DNA of 48,183 nucleotides from Pseudomonadota bacterium (GCA_039030935.1 JBCCDF010000001.1:1-48183), one strand, 5' to 3'. Positions 1 to 9,389 are shown, counted from the first letter of the stretch. Numbers and translations: made by a program. Notes: generated by a model from the letters alone, not told the origin.

Positions 1-291
1 GACTGCGCGATACTTGGCACGAACAGACTTCCCATATTGCTCCATGACAGCATCAATGGCCTTATCCAGATCAGGACCATCTTTGAGGCCGAGCTTCTTA
101 ATCAAGAAGTTCTTCTTCACCGTCTCAACTTCTTTCGGGTCAGTCGCAGACACCGTTGAACTGTCGCGGTTGTAGATCGATGGACCGCATCCGATGGTCA
201 CCTTGGTCAGGAAATCCATGTCCGGCGTGACGCCGGCCTTTTCTTTCAAGTCTGCGGCATACTTTTCGATCAGCTCATCACGTTTGCTCAT
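1..291 (-). CDS. DUF2853 family protein (3' end runs off the window)
   Basis: Hand translation from ATG at 291 (RBS AAGGGAG) gives MSKRDELIEKYAADLKEKAGVTPDMDFLTKVTIGCGPSIYNRDSSTV...NFLIKKLGL...KYRAV. The GPSIY, NFLIKKLG and KYRA motifs are typical of DUF2853. Absent from the ORF track because it is truncated. Confidence 0.8.
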   Translation of the reverse strand, partial: MSKRDELIEKYAADLKEKAGVTPDMDFLTKVTIGCGPSIYNRDSSTVSATDPKEVETVKKNFLIKKLGLKDGPDLDKAIDAVMEQYGKSVRAKYRAV

Positions 292-354
292 TTGTCGCTC
301 TCCCTTATTCGACTGTAGAAATGCTGCCCCAGTTTCGCTCTAGACGCAAACGAT

Positions 355-1335
355 TTACGGGGTCTGATCACTTTCGGGGGCAGTCATGACGCCCTTCATG
401 GTCCAAATATCCTTTCCCCAGCGGCGATGCTGCCAGAACCATTGCCCCGGAGTCTCACGAACTTCCTGCTCAATAAATGCCGTAATGTACTCAAGGCATC
501 GTCGAACATCTGTGTCGGTGTCCCCAGTCTTTTCGGGCATATAAGGCTCATGGATCGTTACATGAAAGCGTGCTGGTCCGGTTCTGCGGGTTGAAACCGG
601 AACGATTGGGACATGATATTTGTGTGCCAATCTTGAGGGGCCGGGCGCGGTCATTGCTGGATGGCCAAAGAAACTCACGGCCAAACCTTGATTGAATTTC
701 TGATCGTTCATGAGGGCCACGGAACGCCCCGCTGACAAAGCTCGCATTAACTCGCGCGTGCCTAGTCCCTTGGGGGTTAGCACGCCGATCCCATAATCGT
801 GGCGCACTTTATTGATGCGTCGATCAATGTGCGGATTGTTGAGCATTCTATATGTCACCAGGCAATCGACTGGGCGTCTGCAAATAACGGCGGCCATGAT
901 TTCCCAATTGGCGAGGTGACCTGAGATGAACACAGCACCTTGCTCACTCGCTTCAACTTGATCGAGGTGTTCTGCTCCAGTGACAACGACACGGTCACCT
1001 TCATATGGATTAATTTTTGGAAGATGAGGCAGCTCACCCGCGGTTCTTCCGACATTCTCCCAAGCTTGTCGCGCAATGTCTTCACGCTCATCTTCTGTTA
1101 GTTCCGGGAAAGCGAGGCGTAGGTTTCGCAGCACCGTCTTTCTTTGAGAGAGAACAGGGCTGAGGCGTTTAAACAACCATCCGCCCAAATTCGATGCCCT
1201 GTCAGGCCCCAGAGTCTTCATCGGCCACCAGTATAAAACATCCCATGCAATGGCTTCCAGTCGCCACAGAACGCGTTGCCCGAACGTGGAGCGATTGTCG
1301 ATGTCCTTAGGACGGATATATTGTTGCTCAGTCAT
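355..1335 (-). CDS. lpxL: Lipid A secondary (lauroyl-type) acyltransferase, LpxL/HtrB family
   Basis: NLRLAFPE, catalytic H-x4-E (HLANWE), DQ, FFG and C-terminal PGQWFWQHRRW motifs. Overlaps lpxK by 4 bp. Confidence 0.85.
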   Translation of the reverse strand: MTEQQYIRPKDIDNRSTFGQRVLWRLEAIAWDVLYWWPMKTLGPDRASNLGGWLFKRLSPVLSQRKTVLRNLRLAFPELTEDEREDIARQAWENVGRTAGELPHLPKINPYEGDRVVVTGAEHLDQVEASEQGAVFISGHLANWEIMAAVICRRPVDCLVTYRMLNNPHIDRRINKVRHDYGIGVLTPKGLGTRELMRALSAGRSVALMNDQKFNQGLAVSFFGHPAMTAPGPSRLAHKYHVPIVPVSTRRTGPARFHVTIHEPYMPEKTGDTDTDVRRCLEYITAFIEQEVRETPGQWFWQHRRWGKDIWTMKGVMTAPESDQTP

Positions 1336-2324
1336 GTCTTCGCAAAAAGGGGTAGCGCCAATTCATCAAGCTTATGAGTGTCTTCGAACAGGGCTTCAAT
1401 TGGATAAGTGGCTATTTCATTGCGGTCTTTTTCCGGCAGGCGCGCATAGTCTTTCTCAGTGGTGATCAATTGCGCTTGATGATCGGCGGCAAGCTGACGG
1501 AGCCATTTTAGATCGTCTGCACGATAAGTATGATGGTCCGGAAAGGGAACAGCATCTCTCACATCGCCGCCATTGTCTTTAAGACTGTCAAAGAGCTTCT
1601 CGGGTCGTCCAATTCCGGCAAAAGCGATCAATGGTCCAAGTGGGGGAGGCCCTTTGGGTTGAATGCGGGCGCGGAGAATTGGGCGTGGAAACCCTTCGAG
1701 TTCGCTCGGGACTGACCCGTTTCCCATGACGATGACAGCGTCAGCTCTGGAAAGCCCTTTTGCGATGGGTTCGCGCAGTGGACCTTTAGGGATTACAAAG
1801 CCATTTCCAAAACGCGCTTTTGCATCGACGACGACAATTGAGAGATCCTTATGAAGCGTAGGGTTTTGGTGCCCATCATCCATAATAATGCCCTGAACTC
1901 CGGCCTCTGCCATCGCCGCACCGGCCTTTGCTCTATCCGATCCGATCCAGCTCTCACCAAAGCTTGCGAGCATCAAAGGCTCATCGCCAATTTCTGCGGC
2001 CGTGTGGATGGATGGATCGACTTGAAGTGGACCTTTTTTAGACCCGCGATAGCCTCGAGACAGGCTTGAAATCCGCTGGCCTGTTTTCGTTGTCAGATGT
2101 TTTCGAAGCGCAGCGACGACCGGGGATTTCCCCACGCCACCTGCGGTCAAATTGCCAATACAGATAACAGGGATACCCGCGTCGAAAGGCTTGGTCTTAG
2201 CGATTCGGCGTTTTGTGATGGCTGCATAAGCTAGACTGAGTGGCGTTAACAACGCGCGCGTCAAAGGCGCTGCCTCACGTGAGTGAGGGTCAACGTCGAC
2301 GGACCAGAAACGGGGTTCACGCAT
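1332..2324 (-). CDS. lpxK: Tetraacyldisaccharide 4'-kinase
   Basis: IGNLTAGGVGKSP P-loop, SRGY, GDEP, DDGHQ, GPLREP, FPDHH and TTEKD motifs. Confidence 0.96.
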   Translation of the reverse strand: MREPRFWSVDVDPHSREAAPLTRALLTPLSLAYAAITKRRIAKTKPFDAGIPVICIGNLTAGGVGKSPVVAALRKHLTTKTGQRISSLSRGYRGSKKGPLQVDPSIHTAAEIGDEPLMLASFGESWIGSDRAKAGAAMAEAGVQGIIMDDGHQNPTLHKDLSIVVVDAKARFGNGFVIPKGPLREPIAKGLSRADAVIVMGNGSVPSELEGFPRPILRARIQPKGPPPLGPLIAFAGIGRPEKLFDSLKDNGGDVRDAVPFPDHHTYRADDLKWLRQLAADHQAQLITTEKDYARLPEKDRNEIATYPIEALFEDTHKLDELALPLFAKT

Positions 2325-3567
2325 CAGATGATCTCTGCGGAGGAAGCAAAGGGCTTAGATGATCTAAAACTGCGAGCAGGGGTGACCTGTCATAGAGCGT
2401 AATATTTTCAGGCAATGACGCCGGAAACGCCTTGGCAAGGTCGGTTGCAGTATCGACGAAAGTCAAAGCGCCATGTTGCTGAAGGGTCTTCATCATTGCT
2501 GTGAAGTTAAAGACGTTTGGACCAGTGACAACAGGTTTGCCGAGCTGAATGGCCTCTAATGGATTGTGTCCACCGACGCCTTCTTTGTGGCCTCCGCCAA
2601 GATAGACCGTATCGCACAGGCGAAGCCACAGTCCCATGTCCCCGATTGTATCTCCGAGAAGAATATCCGTTTCCTCTGTCACTGCCGCGCGTGTGCTCCG
2701 GCGCGACACGGTGTGTCCGAGAGAGAGACAGAGCTGCTCAATCTCGTCGCTGCGTTCTGGGTGTCGTGGGACGAGGATTAAAAACGGCTTTGGGTTAATT
2801 TGAACCAAGGCCTCCAACACCAGCGCTTCTTCATAAGGGTGAGTGGAAGCGGCAAGAAGAACGAGGCGGTTTCCTATTTTTGATGACAGCTCGGAAAGCT
2901 CTTCAGGGTCCGCGGGTGGGGGAGGGAGGTCTGATTTTAAATTGGCGGGCAGAGCGAATGCATGTGGTGCATAGTTTTGCAGAGCGTTTGCCGTTTTGGG
3001 GTCACTCGCAGCAATCAGATCAAATCTCCCGAAAACTGTCTTTGCAGAGTTTGGCCAGCGCGCCCAACCGCGCAGACTTTTCTCTGTCATACGGGCATTG
3101 ATTAAAGCTGTTTTCGTTCCGTCTTTGCGAACTTCACGTAAGAGATTTGGCCAAATCTCACCTTCTGCAAAAATAGCGAGATCCGGTTTCCAGGCTTCTG
3201 CAAAACGATGCGCGATTGCGGGTGTGTCTATCGGCGCTGGATAATAGAGGCGATTTGATTTCGCTTTGATGGTGAGCCTTATCTGCTCAGCACTGGTGAG
3301 GGTCTGACTAGTATGCAGTATATTCAAGTCGGGGCGTGTTTTTTCCAAGGCATCGGCCAATAAGAGAAGCAGCTTTGATTCACCGATGCTTGCACCGTGC
3401 ATCCAAATCAGAGGTCCTTTTGGGCGCTTTACAAGATCTCGGGCATAACGTGTTTGTAAGTAAGCTGCGGACTCTTTCCCTTTTGACACTCGAAGCCGCA
3501 GCAAAAACGGCAAGAGCGGGGCGAGCAGCCAAGTTGCTGCACGATACAAGAAGAGGCCAAGACGCAT
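2317..3567 (-). CDS. waaA: 3-deoxy-D-manno-octulosonic acid (Kdo) transferase
   Basis: IWMHGASIGE, EGEIWPN, INARM, ASTHP.EE, VPRHPER, GDTIGDM and GGHNPLE motifs. Adjacent to lpxK. Confidence 0.95.
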   Translation of the reverse strand: MRLGLFLYRAATWLLAPLLPFLLRLRVSKGKESAAYLQTRYARDLVKRPKGPLIWMHGASIGESKLLLLLADALEKTRPDLNILHTSQTLTSAEQIRLTIKAKSNRLYYPAPIDTPAIAHRFAEAWKPDLAIFAEGEIWPNLLREVRKDGTKTALINARMTEKSLRGWARWPNSAKTVFGRFDLIAASDPKTANALQNYAPHAFALPANLKSDLPPPPADPEELSELSSKIGNRLVLLAASTHPYEEALVLEALVQINPKPFLILVPRHPERSDEIEQLCLSLGHTVSRRSTRAAVTEETDILLGDTIGDMGLWLRLCDTVYLGGGHKEGVGGHNPLEAIQLGKPVVTGPNVFNFTAMMKTLQQHGALTFVDTATDLAKAFPASLPENITLYDRSPLLAVLDHLSPLLPPQRSSDA

Positions 3568-3891
3568 TGGGCCGTGTTATACGATCATCGAATAAAATAG
3601 ATATATGTTGGGGCAGTCAGGTATGCCGAGAGACGTGCTAGCGAATGCCTAGCAGCTCAAATGCACTATTTTGAGGTTGGACATTCTTCTCTCCCCCATC
3701 ATCTGATTGCGAGGAGAAGCCAAGCCATCCTAAGATAACTGCAATTAGAAAGTTACGAAACATAACGATGTAGTCTGTCATTAGCCGACTCCCTTCTTAC
3801 TATTTCTATACCTCGAAATCGCATATTTACCAGCCTTAAACGTCGCTACCATTATGAAGTTTCGGAGAGATTCGCTGACTGGAGGCTCGAG

Positions 3892-4275
3892 GTGACTGAT
3901 CGGAAGATTGATGTCGACCATTTACTCTCAATGACGGGTGGAGACCCTGAGCTCGCGGAAGAGATATTAGAAATTTTCCGCGAACAGAGTAGTATGTGGG
4001 CGCGGATGCTTGACCCTAAGCTGCCTGCTCGTGAGTGGGCTGATGCTGCTCATACAATAAAGGGCTCAGCATTATCGATCGGAGCCGATGATTTAGCGCA
4101 GGTCTGTCTACACGCCGAGACGCTCGGTAGATCAGATGATGTGAGTTCTATACAAGCGGCTGTGGCGTTAGGGGATGTGAAGTCAGAACTCAGTTTCGCG
4201 CTAGAGGCCGCTGCCCGCGCTTCTCACGCTTTATCCAAACCCGGTTTAAGGGCATCAAACGAGCCAAACTCGTAA
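3892..4275 (+). CDS. Single-domain Hpt (histidine phosphotransfer) protein
   Basis: AAHTIKGSALSIGA phospho-acceptor motif; GGAGG RBS before the GTG start. Confidence 0.85.
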   Translation: MTDRKIDVDHLLSMTGGDPELAEEILEIFREQSSMWARMLDPKLPAREWADAAHTIKGSALSIGADDLAQVCLHAETLGRSDDVSSIQAAVALGDVKSELSFALEAAARASHALSKPGLRASNEPNS

Positions 4276-4568
4276 GCGATACAACGATCAATCATGGTTC
4301 GCCAAACGGGCTCCGCAATGGCGTCAGATAGGCCTTGTTTCGCGGCTTCTTTGCGGACCTTCGAGATCACATCTTCTATGCGCTCGCGATCATGCACAGC
4401 GCTACGATCCCCTTTGATCCGGGCTGCTGCATCCATAAAGGATTGCCGCTCTGCAATGAGTTCCACGAGCAGACGATCAAGACGATCAATCTCATAACGA
4501 ACATCGCTCATCGTTTGCGCTGACTCTGCAGTGTGGCAGCGTCCAGTTGTAAAGCCTGTATCAGCCAT
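4224..4568 (-). CDS. Chorismate mutase type II (AroQ/PchB-like)
   Basis: VRYEIDRLDR.LV.LIAER...AARIK and DRERIEDVI motifs. Start moved to ATG at 4568, which follows a GGAGG RBS. Confidence 0.88.
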   Translation of the reverse strand: MADTGFTTGRCHTAESAQTMSDVRYEIDRLDRLLVELIAERQSFMDAAARIKGDRSAVHDRERIEDVISKVRKEAAKQGLSDAIAEPVWRTMIDRCIAYEFGSFDALKPGLDKA

Positions 4569-4588
4569 GAAGCGGCCTCCGAGAAGAT

Positions 4589-4620
4589 AATGCCCGCCTC
4601 CTATATGGGAAGCGGGCATT
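4589..4620 (-). terminator. Stem-loop downstream of sppA, probable terminator or attenuating hairpin
   Basis: Minus strand AATGCCCGCTTCC-CATATA-GGAGGCGGGCATT, a 13-bp stem with one G-U, followed by ATCTTCT. The U tail is weak. Confidence 0.5.
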
Positions 4621-4656
4621 GCTCAATAAGTGTGGTGCAAAGTCGCTGGCGATCGC

Positions 4657-6513
4657 TTAACGCTCCTGCACCGTAACCATGCGAGCCTGTAGACGGCTTG
4701 TTTCTGCGGCCCGAACTTCGTTTAGTATGGCCTGAACGTGCGGCGCATTAATAATCTCAGAGATATCGCTGAGAGCCTCAAGCTCATTCACTGAGGCGCG
4801 CGCTGAGGCTTCTACCATTGGGTTGCCGAACGGGAAGTTTGGCTGAATACTTGGATACTCATTGACGCGGAAGGTCGTATCGGCATCGAGGCCTGCAAGC
4901 TCGGCGGCTTTAGCGATTGCGTCATTTAATGTGCCGAGTTGATCGACCAAACCTGCATCGAGAGCGTCCTCACCACTCCAGACACGACCGCGGGCAACAG
5001 CATCCGTTTCTTGCGTGGTCATACCGCGTCCCTCCGCAACAAGAGCGATAAAGCGATCATATCCACGCTGTAGCCAAGCTTGAACCATGGCCTGTTGTTC
5101 CTGATTAAATGCTTCAGTCGTCGTAAAGGCCCCCGTGAACGCGCCACCGACTTGAACGGTCTCAGCGTTGACACCAATCCGCGCCAAACCTTCCGAGATC
5201 GCAAACTTCCCGCCAAAAATACCGATGGATCCTGTGATTGTTGAGCGATTGGCGACGATCCAATCAGCGCCCGTAGAGACATAATAGCCGCCGGAAGCGG
5301 CCACTGACCCCATCGAAATAACAACGGGCTTGTTATACTCTGACTGTATACGTTCCACGGCTCGCCAAATTTGGTCTGAGGCCGTTGGTGAGCCTCCCGG
5401 GCTATCGACCCTGAAAACAATAGCTTTGACGTTCTCGTCAGCGGCTGCGTCTAAAAGCGATGACGCGATTGTGTCTGATGCGAAACCAGAGCCAGCGGAA
5501 AATAAACTGCCCTGGCTGCCACCTGTAACGATAGGGCCTTGGCCACCCACAATTGCGATGACGTTACCAAATGATCCATCAGGTGCATTCGGGCTATAGG
5601 CGCCGATCGGCTGTGTCATAACGTTGATATTGTCACGCAATGCCGGTTCGGCTCGGAAGTCCTCCCATTCAGCCTCCGTCTGACCATCAACGCTGGCTGC
5701 AGTCCAAATCGCGTAAAGCCTTGCATCTTCTGGCCAGCCTTCGCCGGTTGCGAAACCCCGATCAACAAGATCGGCCGAACCAATAGGGCTACTGGACAGA
5801 ACCGCTTCAGCGTCTTGGACACTCATGTCTCTGTCTTCTGCGATATCGCGAAGAGAGATCATCCAGAGACTCTCAGCTAGAGCTGTCATTGCTTCGCGGT
5901 GAGCCGGTGTGAACGTTGTCTCTTGATAGGTATTCGGTGCATTCTTGTATTCGTAGAGCGCGGTGAATTGCGGATTGACGGACAGATTGTCGAACAAGCC
6001 TTTTAGAAAAAGGGTCTCAAAGGCGATTCCGGGGGAAATGAGGTCAGCGCCTGGCTGTATCCAAATGTCATTTGCCGCTGAAATTGCGCGATAGGCAGAT
6101 GGACCACCTCCATAGGCGCCCTGACTGTGGACGATTACAGGTTTTCCTGCATTTTCTAGAGCAACTAGCCTTTGACGGAGTTCTTCCGACCGAGACGACC
6201 CGATCCCAAATTCGGGCGCGCGAATAAAAATGCTTTTGACGCGATCATCCTCTACTGCAGCATCCAATTTAATAAGAAGATCTATGAACCCATCAGACTG
6301 ACCCAAAAAAACTTCGGGTCCGCTTTTCGCTTTCTGATCATTGAGGGAATTCCGCAAATCAATTTCCAAAATCATTGTCGATGCCTGGGCCGGCGCCTGA
6401 TTAAAGGAGGCAAGAAGACCACCGATCGCGCCAAAGCCAATCAGGAGGAGAAGAAAGACACCGGTAATGGTTCCGACAATGGCCCCGCCTAAGGCTGAGA
6501 GAAAGCTTCTCAT
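4657..6513 (-). CDS. sppA: Signal peptide peptidase SppA (protease IV, 67-kDa type)
   Basis: N-terminal TM helix, YEYKNA (catalytic Lys), RVDSPGGS, AASGGYY (catalytic Ser), TGSIG and GRVWSG motifs. Confidence 0.93.
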   Translation of the reverse strand: MRSFLSALGGAIVGTITGVFLLLLIGFGAIGGLLASFNQAPAQASTMILEIDLRNSLNDQKAKSGPEVFLGQSDGFIDLLIKLDAAVEDDRVKSIFIRAPEFGIGSSRSEELRQRLVALENAGKPVIVHSQGAYGGGPSAYRAISAANDIWIQPGADLISPGIAFETLFLKGLFDNLSVNPQFTALYEYKNAPNTYQETTFTPAHREAMTALAESLWMISLRDIAEDRDMSVQDAEAVLSSSPIGSADLVDRGFATGEGWPEDARLYAIWTAASVDGQTEAEWEDFRAEPALRDNINVMTQPIGAYSPNAPDGSFGNVIAIVGGQGPIVTGGSQGSLFSAGSGFASDTIASSLLDAAADENVKAIVFRVDSPGGSPTASDQIWRAVERIQSEYNKPVVISMGSVAASGGYYVSTGADWIVANRSTITGSIGIFGGKFAISEGLARIGVNAETVQVGGAFTGAFTTTEAFNQEQQAMVQAWLQRGYDRFIALVAEGRGMTTQETDAVARGRVWSGEDALDAGLVDQLGTLNDAIAKAAELAGLDADTTFRVNEYPSIQPNFPFGNPMVEASARASVNELEALSDISEIINAPHVQAILNEVRAAETSRLQARMVTVQER

Positions 6514-6669
6514 AATTATTGGTCTCCAAGAAATATTTATCGGTATACGATATGTGGCGCTTGCAGCCTTTTGTCAAAGGCAGTGTATCAGTTTGGTCTT
6601 TGGGGCATGGCGTTGGTAGCTCTAGCGATGATCAGCTGTTGTTTCGGAGTGCCTGCGTCAGATAAGTGG

Positions 6670-6698
6670 TTGCCAGTGATATAGAGATTGGCTATCTG
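6670..6698 (+). promoter_or_regulatory. Putative sigma70 promoter of tRNA-Gln
   Basis: TTGCCA (6670-6675), 17-nt spacer, TATCTG (6693-6698), ending 11 nt before the tRNA. Confidence 0.5.
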
Positions 6699-6709
6699 CG
6701 CCTCTCAGT

Positions 6710-6784
6710 TGGGGTGTCGCCAAGTGGTAAGGCACCGGTTTTTGGTATCGGCATTCCCAGGTTCGAATCCTGGCACCCCAGCCA
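6710..6784 (+). tRNA. tRNA-Gln (anticodon TTG)
   Basis: Acceptor stem TGGGGTG/CACCCCA, D-arm GCC-AAGTGGTAA-GGC, anticodon arm CCGGT-TTTTGGT-ATCGG, T-arm CCAGG-TTCGAAT-CCTGG, encoded CCA. Confidence 0.98.
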
Positions 6785-6898
6785 CTTCAATTGTTTTATC
6801 GCCCCCACCTAGCAAAAAACTCGTTTCGACTATGGCATGTAATAGTATTGCAATTCGTCTCAGAGCTGTCATAATTATGAACAGAAGCTTTCTAGCCA

Positions 6899-6927
6899 TT
6901 GATACATTGAAAACAGGCTGCTAGCGT
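6899..6927 (+). promoter_or_regulatory. Putative sigma70 promoter of the TonB operon
   Basis: TTGATA (6899-6904), 17-nt spacer, TAGCGT (6922-6927) with an extended -10 TG. Implies a TSS near 6934 and a ~230-nt leader. Confidence 0.55.
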
Positions 6928-7165
6928 TTACTCGGAAGATGTCGCAAAGCGGCAGGATAATTCAGGAGGGTGGCAAACACCCCCGCCAATATTTGGGGAG
7001 GTGGCAGCGTAGACTGCCCTTCTTTGTAACTGAAGCAGCCCTTTTGTGTGTTGGGTCTGCATACCCATGGCAGAAAGCTCTTATCGGCTACGTCTGCCCA
7101 AATGAGTTTCAGCATTCGGCTATAACAGTCGTATGACCCTAAACGGAGAGTGAGAGGCAGACTTC

Positions 7166-7954
7166 ATGACAAGAGTTCTGACACCGGCCCGAGGCGTAAT
7201 AGCAGCCGCATTGGTTGTTGGCCTGAGCCTTCCCGCAATGGCACAAAGTCAATTGCGGAATGGACTGAATACAGGCGAGCAGGCGACCCGCCAGGCTGAG
7301 CGGACCCAAGAGCGGATCAACCAGTTAGACGATGAAAGGTCCGATCTCGTCCGCGAGTTCCGCCGTGTCCTTCAGAATAAAAAGGCCGCGGACATCAACG
7401 CTCGTCAGCTTGAAAAAGAAGTTGAGTCACAAAGACGTGAACTTGAGTCATTGAGAGGCCAGCTCGGCCGCGTTGATGAAATCAAAGCACAGACGGTGCC
7501 AATGCTGCTCGACATGATTGAGAAGCTCGAACTGTTTGTTGCATCAGACCTCCAATTCAAAACGGAAGAGCGTCAATCTCGGATCCAAACGCTGAATGAT
7601 GCGATGGAGAGCCCTGACGTCTCTATCGCGGAGCGTTACCGCTTGATCATCGAAGCTTATCAGGCCGAAATGGAGTATGGGCGAACAGTCGATACTTGGA
7701 CGGAAACCGTTGATATCGATGGTAACGAGGTTCTTGTCGATTACTTCCTCTATGGTCGCATCGCTCTCGTGCGGATGTCGCCGGATAAGCGCTATGCGCA
7801 ACGCTGGGAACGCGCTGGTGACGGGGCTGATGGTCAATGGGTCGATGTCGAGAACCGGTTTAAAGACGATATCGAAAACGCAATTCGAATTGCTCAAGGT
7901 CGAACAACGCCCGGCCTTATGTATGCTCCGGCATCTAAGCTAAGCGTTAATTAG
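7166..7954 (+). CDS. DUF3450 family periplasmic coiled-coil protein (TtpB-like TonB accessory protein)
   Basis: Signal peptide, long coiled coil, P.L..MI..LE.FV..DL.F..EER..R, ERYR.I.EAYQ.E.EYGRT and GRIAL motifs. First gene of the exbB/exbD/tonB cluster. Confidence 0.85.
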   Translation: MTRVLTPARGVIAAALVVGLSLPAMAQSQLRNGLNTGEQATRQAERTQERINQLDDERSDLVREFRRVLQNKKAADINARQLEKEVESQRRELESLRGQLGRVDEIKAQTVPMLLDMIEKLELFVASDLQFKTEERQSRIQTLNDAMESPDVSIAERYRLIIEAYQAEMEYGRTVDTWTETVDIDGNEVLVDYFLYGRIALVRMSPDKRYAQRWERAGDGADGQWVDVENRFKDDIENAIRIAQGRTTPGLMYAPASKLSVN

Positions 7955-7979
7955 AGACAGGATGGGTAGGATTAAGACG

Positions 7980-9365
7980 ATGAAAACTGTTACAAAATCT
8001 CTTAAAGCACTCTGTGCCGTGGCCTTGCTGGCTGGCTCAGGACTTGCGACTTCGGCGCAGGCTCAGACATCTCTCAGTGATGTCATCAACGCAATTAACC
8101 GTGACTCCAGCCAGATGTCGGCTGAAGACAATGAGCGCGTCGCTCGCTTCCAGCGTGAATTTAATGAGCAAGAATCTGCAATGGATGGTGCCCGCGCGGA
8201 GCTCCGTGCTGCACAGGCTCGTGCATCAGCCCTCAATAGTGAGTACGACTCGAACGAAGTTGAGCTCGATACGCTAGCGACAGAATTGGAAATCCAATCT
8301 GGTGACTTTGGCGAGCTTCTCGGTCAGTTCAGGACAGCCGCCGGCGAAACGATGCCAATTATCGAGGACTCGCTTGCGAACTTTGAGTATCCGGGACGCG
8401 TAGAACGTCTGTCTGAAATCTCTCAGGCCCGTGCGCTTCCAACACGTGAAGATCTCGACGCTCTTCCGAATGCGATTTTGCAAGAGATGGTGGCTCAATC
8501 TGAGGTCAAAACATTCTCTGGCACAGTTGCTGGCGCAGGACCCGACGGTGGTGTCGCGGATAAAGAACTTCTTCGTATCGGCGTGTTTGGTGCCGCTACG
8601 ACTGATGATGCGGCATTCGTTGAAGTGAATGATGGTGTAAATCCTCCAATTCTCCAGCAGTTTGCGGCTCAGCCTTCAGGCAAGTTCCGCAGCTCAATGA
8701 AAAGCCTGATCAATGCAGGCCCAGGTGAAACAGTCATCGTTCCATTTGATCCTTCAAAAGGTAATCTTTTCGCAATTGAAGGTGAGAAACTGTCTCTCAC
8801 AGAGCGGATCGCTCAAGGTAAGACCGTTGGTTATATCATCCTTGTTCTCTTGACGATCGGCCTCTTGTTTGCGCTGTTCAAAATCGTCACGCTCTTCTTG
8901 ATGGGCAACTCCATGCGTGGAACGGCTAAAACGAAAGCGGCTGGCGATGGCAACCCACTGGCACGTGTCTTCGAAGTTTACGAGACGAATAAAGGTGAAG
9001 ACCTTGAAACGCTTGAGCTGAAGCTCGACGAGCAAATTTTGCGCGAGTCTCCGAAAATTGAGCGCTTCAACGACGTGATCAAAGTTCTCGCCGCGGTTGC
9101 GCCACTTCTCGGTCTGCTCGGTACGGTGATCGGTATGATCAACACCTTCACCGCGATCACCAACTTCGGTACCGGTGATCCGCGCCTTATGGCGGATGGT
9201 ATCTCCGAAGCGCTTGTCACGACGGTCCTTGGTCTTTGCGCCGCTATTCCTCTACTTCTGACACATGCTGTTGCAAGCGCTCTTGCTCGCGGCAACCAGC
9301 AGATCTTGGACGAGCAGTCTGCTGGTCTGGTGGCAGAACGTGCTGAGGGGAGTGGAGGGGCGTAA
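7980..9365 (+). CDS. Large MotA/TolQ/ExbB family proton-channel protein (TtpC-like)
   Basis: Signal peptide and coiled-coil periplasmic region, then APLLGLLGTVIGMI and GISEALVTTVLGL. Start taken as ATG at 7980. Confidence 0.9.
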   Translation: MKTVTKSLKALCAVALLAGSGLATSAQAQTSLSDVINAINRDSSQMSAEDNERVARFQREFNEQESAMDGARAELRAAQARASALNSEYDSNEVELDTLATELEIQSGDFGELLGQFRTAAGETMPIIEDSLANFEYPGRVERLSEISQARALPTREDLDALPNAILQEMVAQSEVKTFSGTVAGAGPDGGVADKELLRIGVFGAATTDDAAFVEVNDGVNPPILQQFAAQPSGKFRSSMKSLINAGPGETVIVPFDPSKGNLFAIEGEKLSLTERIAQGKTVGYIILVLLTIGLLFALFKIVTLFLMGNSMRGTAKTKAAGDGNPLARVFEVYETNKGEDLETLELKLDEQILRESPKIERFNDVIKVLAAVAPLLGLLGTVIGMINTFTAITNFGTGDPRLMADGISEALVTTVLGLCAAIPLLLTHAVASALARGNQQILDEQSAGLVAERAEGSGGA

Positions 9366-9389
9366 AGTCCCTCCTTCAGGAGAAGCTAA

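Noticed and set aside
6940-7020. c-di-GMP-I or cobalamin riboswitch in the TonB leader (GCAAAGC, GGCAAAC, CCCCCGC, AGACTGCC fragments)
   Set aside because: The c-di-GMP-I-like fragments are in the wrong order, and the cobalamin core elements (AGGGAA, CTGTAA, GCCACTG) are absent. Kept only as an unclassified structured leader.
6688-7136. Short ORFs (64-78 aa) overlapping the tRNA and the TonB leader
   Set aside because: They overlap the tRNA or the structured leader, lack an RBS and show no recognisable motifs.
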